A stretch of DNA of 64,000 nucleotides from Amoebidium appalachense. Lineage: Eukaryota; Protista; Ichthyosporea. The DNA lies in contig CAVNZM010000005.1 in NCBI GenBank assembly GCA_963693365.1, forward strand, positions 11,555,728 through 11,619,727. The letters run 5' to 3'. Shown here piece by piece: positions 1 to 22,933 of this stretch. Within the stretch, counting starts at the first letter, position 1; each line of letters opens with the position of its first letter. The translations under genes were made by a program, and so were the position numbers. Under the pieces are notes generated by a model. That model saw nothing but the letters and a program-made list of their open reading frames with translations, was not told the DNA's origin and did not search any database.

Positions 1-9311
<9,311 letters not shown>

Positions 9312-10509
9312 GTTGACGGGGAACGCTGCTTTGCGTAAACCCTCCTCTGGCGACGCAAGGCAACACCTCGTTAGGGGAGCCTAAACACGACACTACACAT
9401 GTGTGAAGTGACAGGCTTCAGTCGAACAACTCAATATGTAGACGGTGACAAAAAATTCCTGAGACTGAAGTCTGCAAAAGATGATTCGCTTCTGAAAATG
9501 TCGGAACACCTGTGGCAATACCAAAGGCGTGACCAACAACTAATGGTATAAGAAACATTTAAACACCCGAATATGGTTTTGCTGCACTCAACATCCCATA
9601 GGCCACATGTGTCACAGACTGACCTGAGCACCGTGTGTAGGCAATGACATGCAAAATCCAAAAGAAAGCGAGAAACTCAAAAGCTTTCTCATGTTCTAAC
9701 AGTATTATTATGCTTCATTAGGAACGTACTGCTACATATAGATACCAGACAAGTTCATTATATCGTACTGGGTGTATTTCGAGGTGTCGAAACAACGAAC
9801 CGCGTGACCGTTACTGCAGCCTGCCTGAGAATGTTTGGATATATCCACATCATGATCACAACATAAAATCGGTAGGTTTATCTATTGCAGCTGAATTCGA
9901 AGGTTCCCACAGGTGCGCATGCCCGATGAGACGGTGAGTACAACAAGTAGTGATGCTGCAGGAACTAGATATATCCTGAGTAGTATTACATATTCCTACA
10001 GAGCTTCAGCACAATTAGATCCTTACAGACTGGCGATTTCTTTCTTATTCGTGCGGTTATGTAGGGGCGATACAGAACAATTTGTCCATGAAGCAAGGAC
10101 TTTTATGATGCTCAGCGATCTCGAGATATACATGGCGCGGAATCCCGAATTTTTTTTTCTTTTTTTCTTTTGACTGGATTTATTTTCCATCGGGCCGGGG
10201 CCCCGTCAGGTACCTGGCAGGCTCCGACATCCGGAAACTCTTGCACCAGAAAGTCGTCGGATAACATTATGCATGTCGTTCTTTATCACCAAAAAATAAA
10301 CGTCTGAATTAAAGGCAGTATAATTTTCATTCTCTGGGAGCAATCCTATTGAATTCACAAGCCCTCACCTTACCAGTTCAAAGGGCCGCATAATCCTTTC
10401 GCAAATAATTAGGAATGTTGTTGCATATATCAGCCCAATCAGCGTTGGGCAGGCAAACGCATAGTTTCCGGGCAGTCATTATTGTTCCAAGGCGGCGGCG
10501 AGCGACGGC

Positions 10510-10822
10510 CAGGGGTGTGGCGACTTGACTTCAAGTCGCGACTTGAAGTCACCAAGCACTTGACTTCCATCAAGTTAAGTCAAGTCATAAGGCCAGGCAT
10601 AATAGTGACTTGAAGAGGGAGGGGGGCTTGGGGCGGGGAAGCATAAGAGAGTTGGTTGGAAGGAGGGGCGCAATGCCCGCCCGTGGCCATGGCTGGCCGG
10701 AGGAGTTACTAAAAATAGCACTCTTCCAAGTCGCGACTCTAAAGTCAAATCAAGTCATCAAACCCAGCAAACAAGGATATAAATAAGTCAAGTCAAGTCG
10801 TTGAGGCTCTGCCACACCCCTG
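10510..10822. mobile_element. hAT-type MITE (non-autonomous DNA transposon)
   Basis: Perfect 12-bp TIRs CAGGGGTGTGGC / GCCACACCCCTG. Perfect 8-bp target-site duplication GCGACGGC (10502-10509 and 10823-10830). Many subterminal GACTT/AAGTC motifs. An 8-bp TSD with CAG ends is typical of hAT. Confidence 0.9.
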
Positions 10823-11858
10823 GCGACGGCGCTTTACATATGCTGTGCAGGCAGGCAGGCAGGCAGGAACTCACTGACTGAGAGGCCCGCGTCTCTCAGC
10901 CGTGAGTCGGACACGTCGGAGCGAGCTCAGGCAGTCCGACGGGGCTCGAGCGAGCTAATAATATTATTTTTTGTATGTCAGGAGCTCGAGCGGTCACACA
11001 TGTGGCTGGCCAGTGACTACAGGCACCGTCTGGCCAGAGCGCATGTACTTACAAATCACAAGTGCTTTTGGAACGGTCTTCCCCTTCCCTTCCCCCTTCT
11101 CCCCCCTCCCCCCACCCAATTTCTGAAACACAAGATCCTCCCTCCCCCCCCCCCCCCCCCCTCCCCTCCCCTCACCCACCGTGGCACCACCCACCCACCC
11201 TCCTTGATGCTCCCTCCCTCCCTCTTCCGGCCCACCTCAGCCCGCCCACGTGCACCCCTCGCCTTCCACCCCTCAATTTTTACACACTTTGGTCCAAAGC
11301 ATATAAACGGTGCACCCATACAAGCAAGCACCAACTTCAGCTGTGGCAAGCCACACGGCAGGTAACAGGTCAGACTCTCCAAAGACCCGTCACATTCAGT
11401 AGAACGAGGGCCTCTGTTAGGGCAAGAAACTGGCCGTTTCAATCCACTGTGCACGATATCATCACACATATACTCAAACTCATGCCACATGCCCAGTGTA
11501 AAAAAAACAAAAAAAAAAAAGAAAAAAAAAAAAAAACAAGATCTGTGTCTAGACCGGGCGATCTCTTGTGAATCAGCTTAAACACTGCTATGAAATGGTA
11601 TTGATGCATCTAGCTTTGTCACACAGCTTGTGCGAACATGTATGGTCGTGTGGGCTGTCAACTATGCAAGTGGATGCGTGCACGCGTGGGTCGGTGCGCG
11701 TCCCTGTAATGGCCGTAGTGTGTGTTTGTGTGTTTTTCAATACACCCCCCCCCCCCCCTCCCCCCTCCTCCTCCCCTTCCCCCCCCCCCCCTAAAGAGAG
11801 AGGGAGAGGGGGGGGGGGGGGGGGGGGAGGGGGGGGGGAGAGGGGGGGGGGGGGGGGG

Positions 11859-11962
<104 letters not shown>

Positions 11963-12772
11963 CTTACATGAAAAAATTTGGGTATACGTACAGGCCTCTG
12001 CTGATGGCCGGCACCTCTGCCTTTGTACGTACGTGTTTCAGGACTGTAGACACGTTCGTGCTATCAACCACTGACCCATCAAAGGGGCCTGGTGTGGGCG
12101 CCCTGCGTCAAGACATATGTATGTAAGTAAACTTTGTGTGTTATAGTTGAAAGGCACGGAACCCGTTAATCTGCAGAAACTGAGATAAAATAATTGGGTT
12201 TAATCTGAAAGGCACGAAACACATCATTCTGCAGAAAACGAGGGCCATTTCTGCCACTCGTGTTTCTCTCATAAACAGAAAATGATCAGGATAAACAGTG
12301 CAGGGTCCTTTTCTTTGGACAAGGAGCTAAAAATTCATGCTAATTTTCATGTTGGTTGTTTCTTTCCCCCCAAAACTTGCAGACTCGCCCTCTAGCTCTC
12401 TGTACAGAAGCGACGGTCGCCGGGTTTACAATGCTCGCCGTCTTCGCTACGGGAAGGCCTTGCCAGCTGCAGCCTGCAGCCTGCAGGTCCGTGGCCGGGC
12501 CGGGCTCAGCGGCTCATCTGTGCCGCAGGCTGGTGCGCGCTAAGCCTATCACGCGTCCCTGGGTCGGATTGCTCCAATAACATCGTTGCGTCACTTTTGG
12601 TCGAAGCCTCGAAGCCTTTGACAGTTGTCTCATACAAATTCCATGTTTGCTTCGTGCTTGGATCAGTTTGCTTGGAACTTGACCACTATACGGATAGATA
12701 GGAAATAGACGCCATTATATTCACTACTTGTTTCAGACCTGTGTGCGCGGCGAGAGTTTACAGCACAACACC

Positions 12773-13821
12773 ATGGCAGAGAATCAGAACTGCGAGGCAT
12801 GTGGTCGCTCCGTGGGAGGCACCTTCGTGTTGGCTGAGGGCAGGCCCATGCATCCCGAGGTACGATCAATTTGACTGAATGCACACGAGACCAAACCGAG
12901 TACACGGAGCAAGGAGTTTTTGTCTTGCAGAAACAGACACTCGGAACGGATATTTACCTAGGCTACATTGCTTCGGCTGAATCTGGGGTATTTTGCATCC
13001 AAATTCTGTATATGCGGTAACACAAAGTTTGTCCTACTCTAGACCTTGTGCACCTTTTGTTATCATTTGCAAAGTCTGACGCGCTTTTCACAGTGTTTCA
13101 AGTGTCATGGGTGCAAAGTCAACTTAGCCAACCAACATTTTGCCAACTACGAGGGGGCCCCGCACTGCCAGAAGTGCATCTCTGAGCTTGCGCGTCCCGT
13201 GGTCGAGCGTCGTCCTGGCTCTCCCTCAGGCGGCTACCTGCGCAAAACGGTGAGTTTGGGCTCCATGATGCAGCCCACCTCGAATAAAGTCTCGCTGTAG
13301 CAAGAAGGAATCAAGACTCTGTGTTGTTTAGGTATGGTTTTTGAGCTACTTGCCTGCTCGGCAGGCTTGATCAAAACTCACCGGGTTACTCAGGTTGCTT
13401 TGTGCGCATATGCTCACAGTCTGTTGTGCAGGCTTCTTCGCGTTTTGAGTCGCGTTGTTGCACAGGCTTCTTTGCGTTTGAGTCGTGTTCTGTGGGTGGA
13501 GCACAATACTAAACTGGCACCCCAAATACAGGTTGGTGTCAAGGTGAACGTGCAGAGCAAAAAGTGCTGCCGTTGTGAGAGGACTGTGTATGCAGCCGAG
13601 GAGATCCAGGTCGGAGGGAAACCTTGGCACAAGGTGAGACCTATGAATTAGTGCTATACTGGATGGCAGAGGGGAAAGCAATAGACCGAGAGTGCAATCT
13701 TAAGCTGGTTTATTTGTGGGGAGAGATATAGAGGGGTATGGAGGGAGTAGGAGAAGGACGAAGGAGTTTTTTTTTTTTTTTTTTTTGGGGGGGGGGGGGG
13801 GGGGGGAGAAGGGCGATGGAG

Positions 13822-13865
<44 letters not shown>

Positions 13866-14119
13866 GGGGTCACCTGGGACACACACCGAGAACTGCTTGC
13901 CAAGATGCTCTCGGACTGGTGCGGTTGGTTCTTCTGTTGTGGGTATAGTTGGTGGGTCAAGACCAAATTGCTAAAAAATTGAAAAAAGTCAAGGAAAAGG
14001 GCGAGGTTATGAGAAGGTTACAAGGCAGAAAAGGTATTGTAGGTTTCTGTATTATAAGGAAGGAGAATAAAGAGATTGAATGGAGGTGGTGCACGACTGG
14101 GTGGATGATGGTAGAGCAG

Positions 14120-14160
<41 letters not shown>

Positions 14161-14226
14161 AAGAGGGTGGGTGGCTGAGGAAGGGGGTGGGGGGGGGGGG
14201 GGGGGGGAGAGGGGGGGGGGAGGGGG

Positions 14227-14260
<34 letters not shown>

Positions 14261-14614
14261 GCTAGTGGGCAAGTGAAGGATGGAAATAAAAATGCGAGTA
14301 AAGAAGGTTACGAACGGTGTTGGCGGGAGGGGATTATGAGGATTGGACCAGAGTGTCCCCTCGGGCGGGAAGGAGGGGGAAGGGGGGAAGGAACAAAGGT
14401 ACTCGGGTTTCGTTTATTTCCTCCCACTCATTTGCACGTACATTGTAAATTCCAGGTGTGCTTTAAGTGCACTGAGTGCAAGAAGGCGCTTGAGCTCGGC
14501 AAGGAGAGCATGCGTGATGATGACTGCTACTGCAAGGGCTGCTACAGCAGGAAGTTCGGTCCCAAGGGCGTTGGCTTTGGCAACAGTCTGAGCACGGAGA
14601 CTATCAGCAGCTAG
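12773..14614 (+). CDS. Two-LIM-domain cysteine-rich protein (CRP/CRIP-like)
   Basis: Exons 12773-12859, 13094-13249, 13532-13633, 14456-14614, all phase 0. LIM1 is CEAC...HPE|CFKCHGC...HCQKC. LIM2 is CCRCERTVYAAEE...WHK|VCFKCTEC...YCKGCYSRKFGPKGVGFG, ending in the CRP-family Gly-rich motif. Confidence 0.92.
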
Positions 14615-15163
14615 ACGGACACCCAAGGACTTTGCTTGCCAGAACAACCTGTGGGGGACACAGATGGTTAGAACTCTATTTAGTAACTCCTTTTTCCATA
14701 CCACAACGGCAAGCATCCCTGCTTACCCATGAACTGATGACCACGATAACAATTTTGCTTGTGACTGGGAATTCGAAGTGTTTGTTTTGGGTTGTCTGTG
14801 TGCGTCGAGCGGGGGGGGTGGGGGGAGGGGGGAGGGGGAGGGGAGAGGGGGGGGGGGGGGGGGGGGGGAGGGGGGGGAGGGAGGGAGGGCAGACTGAAAG
14901 CTGCACAGTGTGCAGAACAAGAGCAGTGCTTGTTGTTCAGGTTGTCTGTAACGTTTGAGATCAATAAACTTGCCATCAATACAAACTTCATAGAGTCGAT
15001 ATATGTTCACATGTGGTCTAATACTAGCGACAGGAATGGCCGTAATAGTTCGTGCCGAGGAATCATACCTCCATATTCCAGAGTGTTGATCGTTCCGGCT
15101 GTGGTTGTAGGGTTCAAAGTTGGAGTGGTGGGTGGTAGGTGGGTGCCCCGGAAGGGGGTTTGA

Positions 15164-15198
<35 letters not shown>

Positions 15199-16812
15199 GA
15201 GGGAGGGGGGAAGGGGGAGAACCGGGAATGGAGGCAAGTGTTGATGGGGGGGGTGGGGGGGGGGTGTGAAGGGGGGGGGGGGGGGGGGGGGGGGGAGGGG
15301 GGGGGGAGGCAGGATAGCTTGTTAGTAGGCTGTCCCACAACCAGGTAGCAGCACCATTAACAAAGTACTTTGTTATCGCTCACACCTTTCCGTGCGCACC
15401 TTGCCATGCGAACAACTGAGCTGTTCAGAATGCAAATCGTTTCTAGGGGCTTTACCTGTTGCGACATATCCACACACTTAAAGGCTCTAATCAGGTGGCT
15501 ACACTTGGGTATAGGTATCCCATCTGCATCTGTTGTTGGACTCGGCTGGTCTAGTGCTTGAAGCTGACCAGCAACCATGATGTAAGATCCTGTTTAGGTT
15601 ACGGGTTACAAAAAGGAATGCTGTGGTGCCGTCAGCTGCTGGTGCCCCAGATGCCTAGTACTAGCTGTCAGTCTAGAACGGAGGGGGGTAGGGGAGGGGG
15701 GGGGGGGGGGGGGGGGGGGGAGGGAGGGAAAGGGGGGGGGGGGGGGGGGGAGGGGGGGGGGAGGGGAGGGGAGAGGGGGGAGGGGGGAGGGGGGAAAGGG
15801 AAGAGAAGGCAGGGAGAGGGGGTAAGGTTTGGCTAGTTCATGTTATCATATTGTACTAAAAGCATCCAGCCCTAGGCTCCAAGCTATTAGCGACCTTTGC
15901 CATACCACCCGTTATTGCGAGTTGGTTTTGCAGGAACACAGGGAACCTCTTACCTTTTTTTTTGACAGGGATATCGCCAACTGCTTTTGTTAACCAAGCA
16001 AGGTCAACAAGAACGGCGCCAGAACCATCATCAAGAACAAACGTATGGCCGTCTTGAAGTCTACCAACGATATCCCCCTGCGTTCAAGCATGAGCAGCAG
16101 TTAGAATCCCAGGGGTTGCTGGGGCCGAGCACATTTTTTCTAATTAATTTCCCTCTATGTAGACATGGCGAAATGAAAGTGGGTCAATAAGAAAAGACAA
16201 ACCTTTAAATTTCCATGCCATCAGACAGTCAGACACAATAAACAGCGCCTAAACGACTGGCTTACCTGCAACCAAACAGACCGAAAAGCAGCAGGGACAA
16301 GTGCCCAGCGAAGAGGAGAGTCTGATACCTTCCGTGCCCCTTGCAGCTGGCAGCAGAAATATTTTCGGCTAACGTCTGCTGCTTGTTGGCTGGAAGACAT
16401 TTCTAATTGCTTATATACAAAACCCTTGAAATTGTAGGCGAAAACAGAGGCCACAGGCAAGGGAGTTGTTGTGTGTCCACAACCAAGAAGCCCAAGCTAA
16501 CGTACACGTGGTCGGTGTAGACCAAAAAACCACCCCTTGTCTTCTTGTAGGAGCCAATAGGGCTGGTATACACAGGTGTGCCGTCACTTCCAGATAGTGA
16601 ATGTTCTATCGAAGCTTCTGTGGAAGACCCTAAGTTTCATCGCTTTATAGGAGACCTTGCAAGGCTCGTTTCGCAGCCTTTTTGTGATTGAGTACCCTAC
16701 AAGAGGCTTCCTCGTTGATACGTGTAGTCAATACCTATTACCCTAAGCATGTGGAGCTAAAAATAACACATCAACCCGTGTTCTGGATCAAGGGACTGGT
16801 TTGTGGTCCCGG

Positions 16813-16898
16813 CCCCGCCTGTGCCTGACTGTCAGACAGACAGATCAAAGAGACGAGACCGAGGGAATTTTTGGCGCCAAAATCATGAAGTAACCAAT
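16813..16898. promoter_or_regulatory. Putative promoter of the BRCT gene: GC box, palindromic E2F site, CCAAT box
   Basis: CCCCGCC at about 16813, TTTTGGCGCCAAAA at 16869-16882 (E2F consensus TTTSSCGC-like on both strands), CCAAT at 16894-16898. About 480 bp upstream of the ATG at 17363. Confidence 0.6.
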
Positions 16899-17362
16899 CA
16901 GAGCTTTCTATGTGCGCAATACACTCGAGAGTAGGAGGCCTTGCTGGTCACTGGTGAATCAGTGATTGAAGAGTCACTTCAAGGTTTTGAGAGGGAGGTG
17001 CGTCATTACTGCCTGGCTGATGTACTGCAGCATATAGAGCTTTCAGAAAGGTGCTGGCTAGATGCAGCATGCAGAGCTTCTGTCAAGGTGTTAGCTAGAT
17101 CGGTTGTGATCGGGGTTTTCATTTTTTCCGTGTAGTTTCCATGTAGCCTACTGTAGCGATAAGTGCACTCTGCAGAGCTTCTAGAAGGTGTTGGTCAGAG
17201 TCCCTATGTGAGCACTATAGTGTCGGAGCAGCAACACACACTGAGAGTTGGGCAGTTGACGGCAGGGCATCTGGTTAGATGGCCCCTTAGTCAGTGGTCA
17301 TCAACGAGAAACCTGACATTTGTTTATCGCCTTGGTGATAAACGTGTATTACATCGGAAACC

Positions 17363-17758
17363 ATGGCCAACAGCCACGTCCTTGCTGGCGTACGCTGCGC
17401 AATAGCTCCTAATCTTCCAAATGCTGAACAGGTAGGTGGTCGAATTCTGGGCTTCCATGACGTTGCGTGCACTCCTTAAGCACTTCTTCGGTCAAAAACT
17501 TGCTCACACTACTGCAATTGTTCTTGGTTCTCTTTTGTTTAAAGCTACCCCCCCTGCAGAATTGCGCCATGTACCGGCCATCACCCCTCCCCCCCCCCCC
17601 CCCCCCTTCCCCCTCCCTCTCCAGGACCCCTCACCCCTCACACACACTTACGCACGCACGCGCACGCGCACGCGTGCACACACACACGCACTCACAGGCG
17701 CACGCGCACACGCACACACGCACGCACGTGCACACACACGCACACAAACACACACACG

Positions 17759-17833
<75 letters not shown>

Positions 17834-18813
17834 ACACGCACAAGCACACGTACACACAATAAACATATTGACCTTCTTCAAAGTTAACTGGTCGTTTTCT
17901 TAGGTGCCTGAGGACACATCAGGGCATACCATGTTACATTCTGAATAATGTGCAGAAACCCAACTTTGTTTTGGCCCACGAGCCTGATGTTCTTTAACAG
18001 TAATTGTCCTCACAGCTTCAAAAACAACTTGAATCCCTTGGGGCCGTGGTGGAACCCGGGCTGGGGACAACAGCCAGGTTTTTGATCTGTGAGGATGACC
18101 TCTATGACATAAGAGAGGAAACGGGCATGGCTCTGCTTCGTTCGCTGCGCTTTGTTAAGGTGATGTTCGTTTGAGTGTGGGTGGTTGGGTAGGTGGGTGG
18201 GTGGGTGGGTGGGTGGGTGTGGTGGTGGGCGGGGAGAGGGAGGGAGGGGGGAGGGGGGGGGGGGGGGGGGAGCCCGCGGGGTTTGGTTGTGTTTATGTGT
18301 GTGTGTGTGCGTTTTGTTTACTTATTTGTTTGTTTTTCTTTTTTTCTTTTGGGGGGGGGGGGGGGGGGGGGGGGGGAGGGGGGGAGGGGAGGAGGGGGGG
18401 GGGGTGGGGAGGGGAAGGGGGGAAGAGAAGGGGGGGGGGGGGGGGGGGGGGGGGGGCTTTGGTTATGGGGGTATTGGTTTTGGTGTTTTGGGCACGAAAA
18501 CGTGTCCAGTGGAGTCTGAACATGTTGCTTGTGTGCTTGAAGAGTGGTGTCTCGGTTGTGGGGGCAGCAGGGTCGGCAACGATAGTTGGTGTGAAACTAA
18601 GAGTGTGGGTGGAAGGGCTTGGGCAGGGACGATGTGTGTGTGTGTCTGTGTTTGAGGGGGGAGGGGAACTGGGGGCGAAGGGGAGGGGGGGGGGGGGGGG
18701 GGATGTAAAGTAATCGGCCAGAAAGAGGAATGCATGTTAAAAGGAATGATAATGATAGGTCGTTTAGGCATCTGGTGAGGCCTCTGCTATTCTGTGTTTG
18801 TGTGTGTGTGTGT

Positions 18814-18853
<40 letters not shown>

Positions 18854-18934
18854 TAATATTATAGGCATCTGGTAAGGCCTCTAATAAGCTGTGGGGTTGG
18901 GGGCCGGGGGGAGGAGAGGGGGGAGGAGGGTTTT

Positions 18935-18973
<39 letters not shown>

Positions 18974-19252
18974 AGGGGGGGAGGGGGAGGGAGGTGGGGG
19001 GGGGGGGGGGGGGCTCAACTTCGGGAAGGGTAAAGAATATCATAGGACTGATAAAACGGGATTGGAGGGAATCTGTTATTTGGTGAACCCCTGCACCTTC
19101 ACACTAACATGAGTGTCTATTGTCTGTACACTTACCAACTTTGTGCACCTACAGGCAAGCTGGGTGGACGACTGTATGAGAGCAGGCCACCAACTGCCAT
19201 ATCCGTGCAATCTCCGTGGATGGGTGGGAGGCAGGCACTTGGAGGAAGGGAG

Positions 19253-19287
<35 letters not shown>

Positions 19288-20117
19288 TAGGGAAGGGAGG
19301 GAGGGAGGGATAAATCTTGCCAGTCGGCTAAATGTTTCTGTGAAGTGTGTGTTTGGGGGGGACACGTGTGTGTGGAAATGTACTAGATTTTCACTAACTG
19401 CCATAATGTCCCCCAAGAAAAAGTTTTTTGGTGTTTATAGTGTGTTTTCGAAGTTGGGTTTGGGACCAACATGACACATTCACGTGTCGGTTGATCTTAT
19501 GTGTTCGAGTGTGGCCTTTGCGTGCACGTTTTCGATTTTTTTAGGCTGTGTGCATAGGTTCAAAATATGCTTATGTTCCTTAACAGTCACACGTGGGATG
19601 ACTATTTTATTGGGAAGCGACCCATCTTCAGCGGTGCTCGCATCTGTTCTTCACAGGTAATGTTGTGCCCTAGGAAGCCCTATGCTAGTCTCTCTTCTCG
19701 TGAGCCTTCTTTTCTCTCTTTTTTCGTGTTTTTCCTGGCCAAAACTTCCATTTTTGGTGTCCCTTGCTGCTCTTCTGCTGAAATGCTCTGCATTGACGCC
19801 AGTCATCTCTGAGCCTTCTGTACCTCTCTTTCCTCATCTCCGTTTGGACACGTACACGCACGGACACATACACACGCCACATGCAAGCGCTCGTGCACAC
19901 ACGCACACACATGAACACGTAGACATACAGTAACACGTGTATAAATATGCACACGCACACACCACACATGCACACGCGCACATACACACATACCACACAC
20001 AAATCACACAAACGGACACACAAGCACACATGGAAGTAAGTGGTGTGTGATGAGTGCATGTGTGAGTGCGCATTTATTTAGAACTTTGTGTAGTTGTTGC
20101 GCGTTTGTGTATGTGAG

Positions 20118-20159
<42 letters not shown>

Positions 20160-20465
20160 ACATGTTGCCGAGAACGAAATGCATGTTATGCCAGGAGGTC
20201 GATTGAAATCATTGATTTTTTGGAAGAGAAAGGAAGGAGGGGCATTGCTGGAATGGAGAATTGAGTGCAAGACGGGGGGTAAAGAAAATGGTGGGTGGTG
20301 AAAAGGCTGTAACGGAGAGATGGAGAGAGAGGCAGAGGGCATGGGGGGTGGGGGGAGGGGAGGGGGGGGGGGGGGGGGGGGGAGCTAATGTGGACAGAGA
20401 GGGAAAGAAAGAGATGGTGTGTCATGTCATTTTTTTTATTTTTTTCCCTTTTTATTTTTTTTTGT

Positions 20466-20502
<37 letters not shown>

Positions 20503-22192
20503 GGGTTGGCTGCATTTTCAGGGATGCATTGTTAACAAGACCGATTACCACAGATTCAGGGGGACGATTTGGATATTCTGTGGGTGCACGTGGTGGGGTC
20601 TGGCGGAGACTTCCAGATGAGTCTGGATGCATCGTGCACACACCTGGTGCTGCTGAGGGCTGAAGGGGTACGTGTGTGTATTCCTCCTCACGCACAATAC
20701 CTACGTCAGCAAGAAATCCCCATTTCCTTTTTCTTGTAGGGAAAAAGGGCCACTTTTCCCTCCATTCTCTCTAGTGGTGTGGGTGTGATAGTGGCTTGCC
20801 TCAGGCTCCATTTGCAACGATATTATATGAGTGATGGTGGTCTTAAACACATATGTGCTCATGAGCACACCTCAATTATTTATGATAACACCCATGCACG
20901 TGCAGATACACGTACGCATGCACATGAGGTATGCACACTCACGAACGAATTCAATCATACACATGATCACACACTGCCTTTTGCCAACATCCCATTTGCT
21001 CACTCCCCCCCCCCCCCCCCCAAAAAAAAAAAAAAAATAATAAAATAAAATAAAAAAACGAAAAACAACGGGGAAAAACCCCCACCCATTCATTCACCCA
21101 CCTATAATAACCAGCCCCCCAACCCGCCACCACCACTACTACCCCACCCCCTTGTGTGATGCGTGGTAACCTTTCCATCTTGCCTCCAGATCATCAAATT
21201 TTAACAATCTTCATGTTTTGGATCTTTTAAAAATCCCCCCCCCCCCCCTCCCCCCGGTCCCCCGGTCCCCCGGGTCCCTAGGCCCGCTACCCCTGCCCTC
21301 CTCCCCATTACCAACACCACTTGCATAATAACATCCGCCCTTCTCCATTCCTTCCTCCCTCTCTCTCTCTTTCTCTCTCTCTCTCTCCTCCCATCCCCAC
21401 CCCCACCACCACCACCACCACTCTTCACCCCACTACCCATTGACTGCCCGCCCCACACCCACCCACCCACAGAAAATAACACAGGAAGAAACCTAAACTC
21501 CCCGAAAATTGGGATAGAAAGTGCCAAAACTAAACCCAATCAATAGACTGGGGGAGCGTTTTTTATTGTCTAACTGCAAAAGTAGCTACCCATGCTCATT
21601 CTCTATACCCACAGGAAAAGTACGAGGCAGCACGGCAGCAGGGCAACATCCGCATTGTCTCACCCATGTGGGTCATTGAGTCATGTGCACAGGAAAAGAG
21701 ACTGAACGAAGATGATTTCCCACCCAACCCACCAACCACAAAACCTGAAACTGACTTAATCACCCCGTCAAAGAAACTTAGCCAAGAAGATAAACAAAAT
21801 ACCCAATCAAAACAGAGCGTTATTGGGATCAACAGGCCTGCATCGGGATCGCAAGAACATTTGCGATTATGCGGATCGGGGTCACAATCAAATTCTAGAC
21901 GTAATCCTGGGCGTGTGTTTTGGGGCTGCAGGTTTTGCATGGTGCATGATACTAGACCCCCTTCCACCGTGGATTGGAGAGTGTTGGAGGAATGGGCAGA
22001 GGAGAGAGGCGCAGGTGTGTTGAGTGGGGTGGTGGGTGGAGGGGGATGGGCGGTTGGGGGGGGGGATGGGCGGGTGGGTGGATGGGTGGGTGGATGGGTG
22101 GGCGGGTGGGTGGGGGGGAGGGGGGGGGGGGGGGGGGGGGGGGGGGATGGATGGGTGGGTTGGTGGGTGGGTGTGGGTGTGGGTGTGGGTGT

Positions 22193-22259
<67 letters not shown>

Positions 22260-22459
22260 TGTGTGTATGCCTGTGTGTATGCGTGTGTCTGTGTGTGCGC
22301 CCACACTTTGTGCATTTGAGGTTGCTGGTCGAGAGGGTGATCCGGGCTAGGTGTGGGTGGGTGGTTGTGGTTGGGTGGATGTGAGTGTGCGTGGTGTGCC
22401 TAAACGATTAACAGATTTAGGCACCTTCCGTTCTGCTAAAGGCTAGGCACGGTGGGGAA

Positions 22460-22500
<41 letters not shown>

Positions 22501-22892
22501 CTAACAGCTGTTATGCAGAGCTTTCTTCGAAGGACGAAGCAAACTACGTTATCTGCCTGTACAAAGACCATCCCCAGGTCGATGAGGTGGGTGGTGCACG
22601 TGCCCCGTGACCTTTTACTGCACACACACACGTACCTGCTTTGTATGTTATCAGTCCACAATGCGCCCGGCAGGCTGAGGCTTGCACCGCTTGTTATGCG
22701 GCCTCCGTTGGTTGTTGTTCTTCTTCTTTATCTAACTTCGGATAGCCTCACATGAAGCTAGCACCCTCTTTCTTTCTCTTCAACCCCCCCCCCCCCCTCC
22801 CCCCCCTCCCCACCCCCTCCCTCGGGCACCACCACCACCATCACCCAATACCGCCACCATCACACAAGCACGCCAACACACATACGCACGTG

Positions 22893-22933
<41 letters not shown>

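Noticed and set aside
14990-16700. Possible small minus-strand gene divergent from the BRCT promoter
   Set aside because: Some splice-like sites and short open frames are present, but I could not build a consistent model or recognise a domain.
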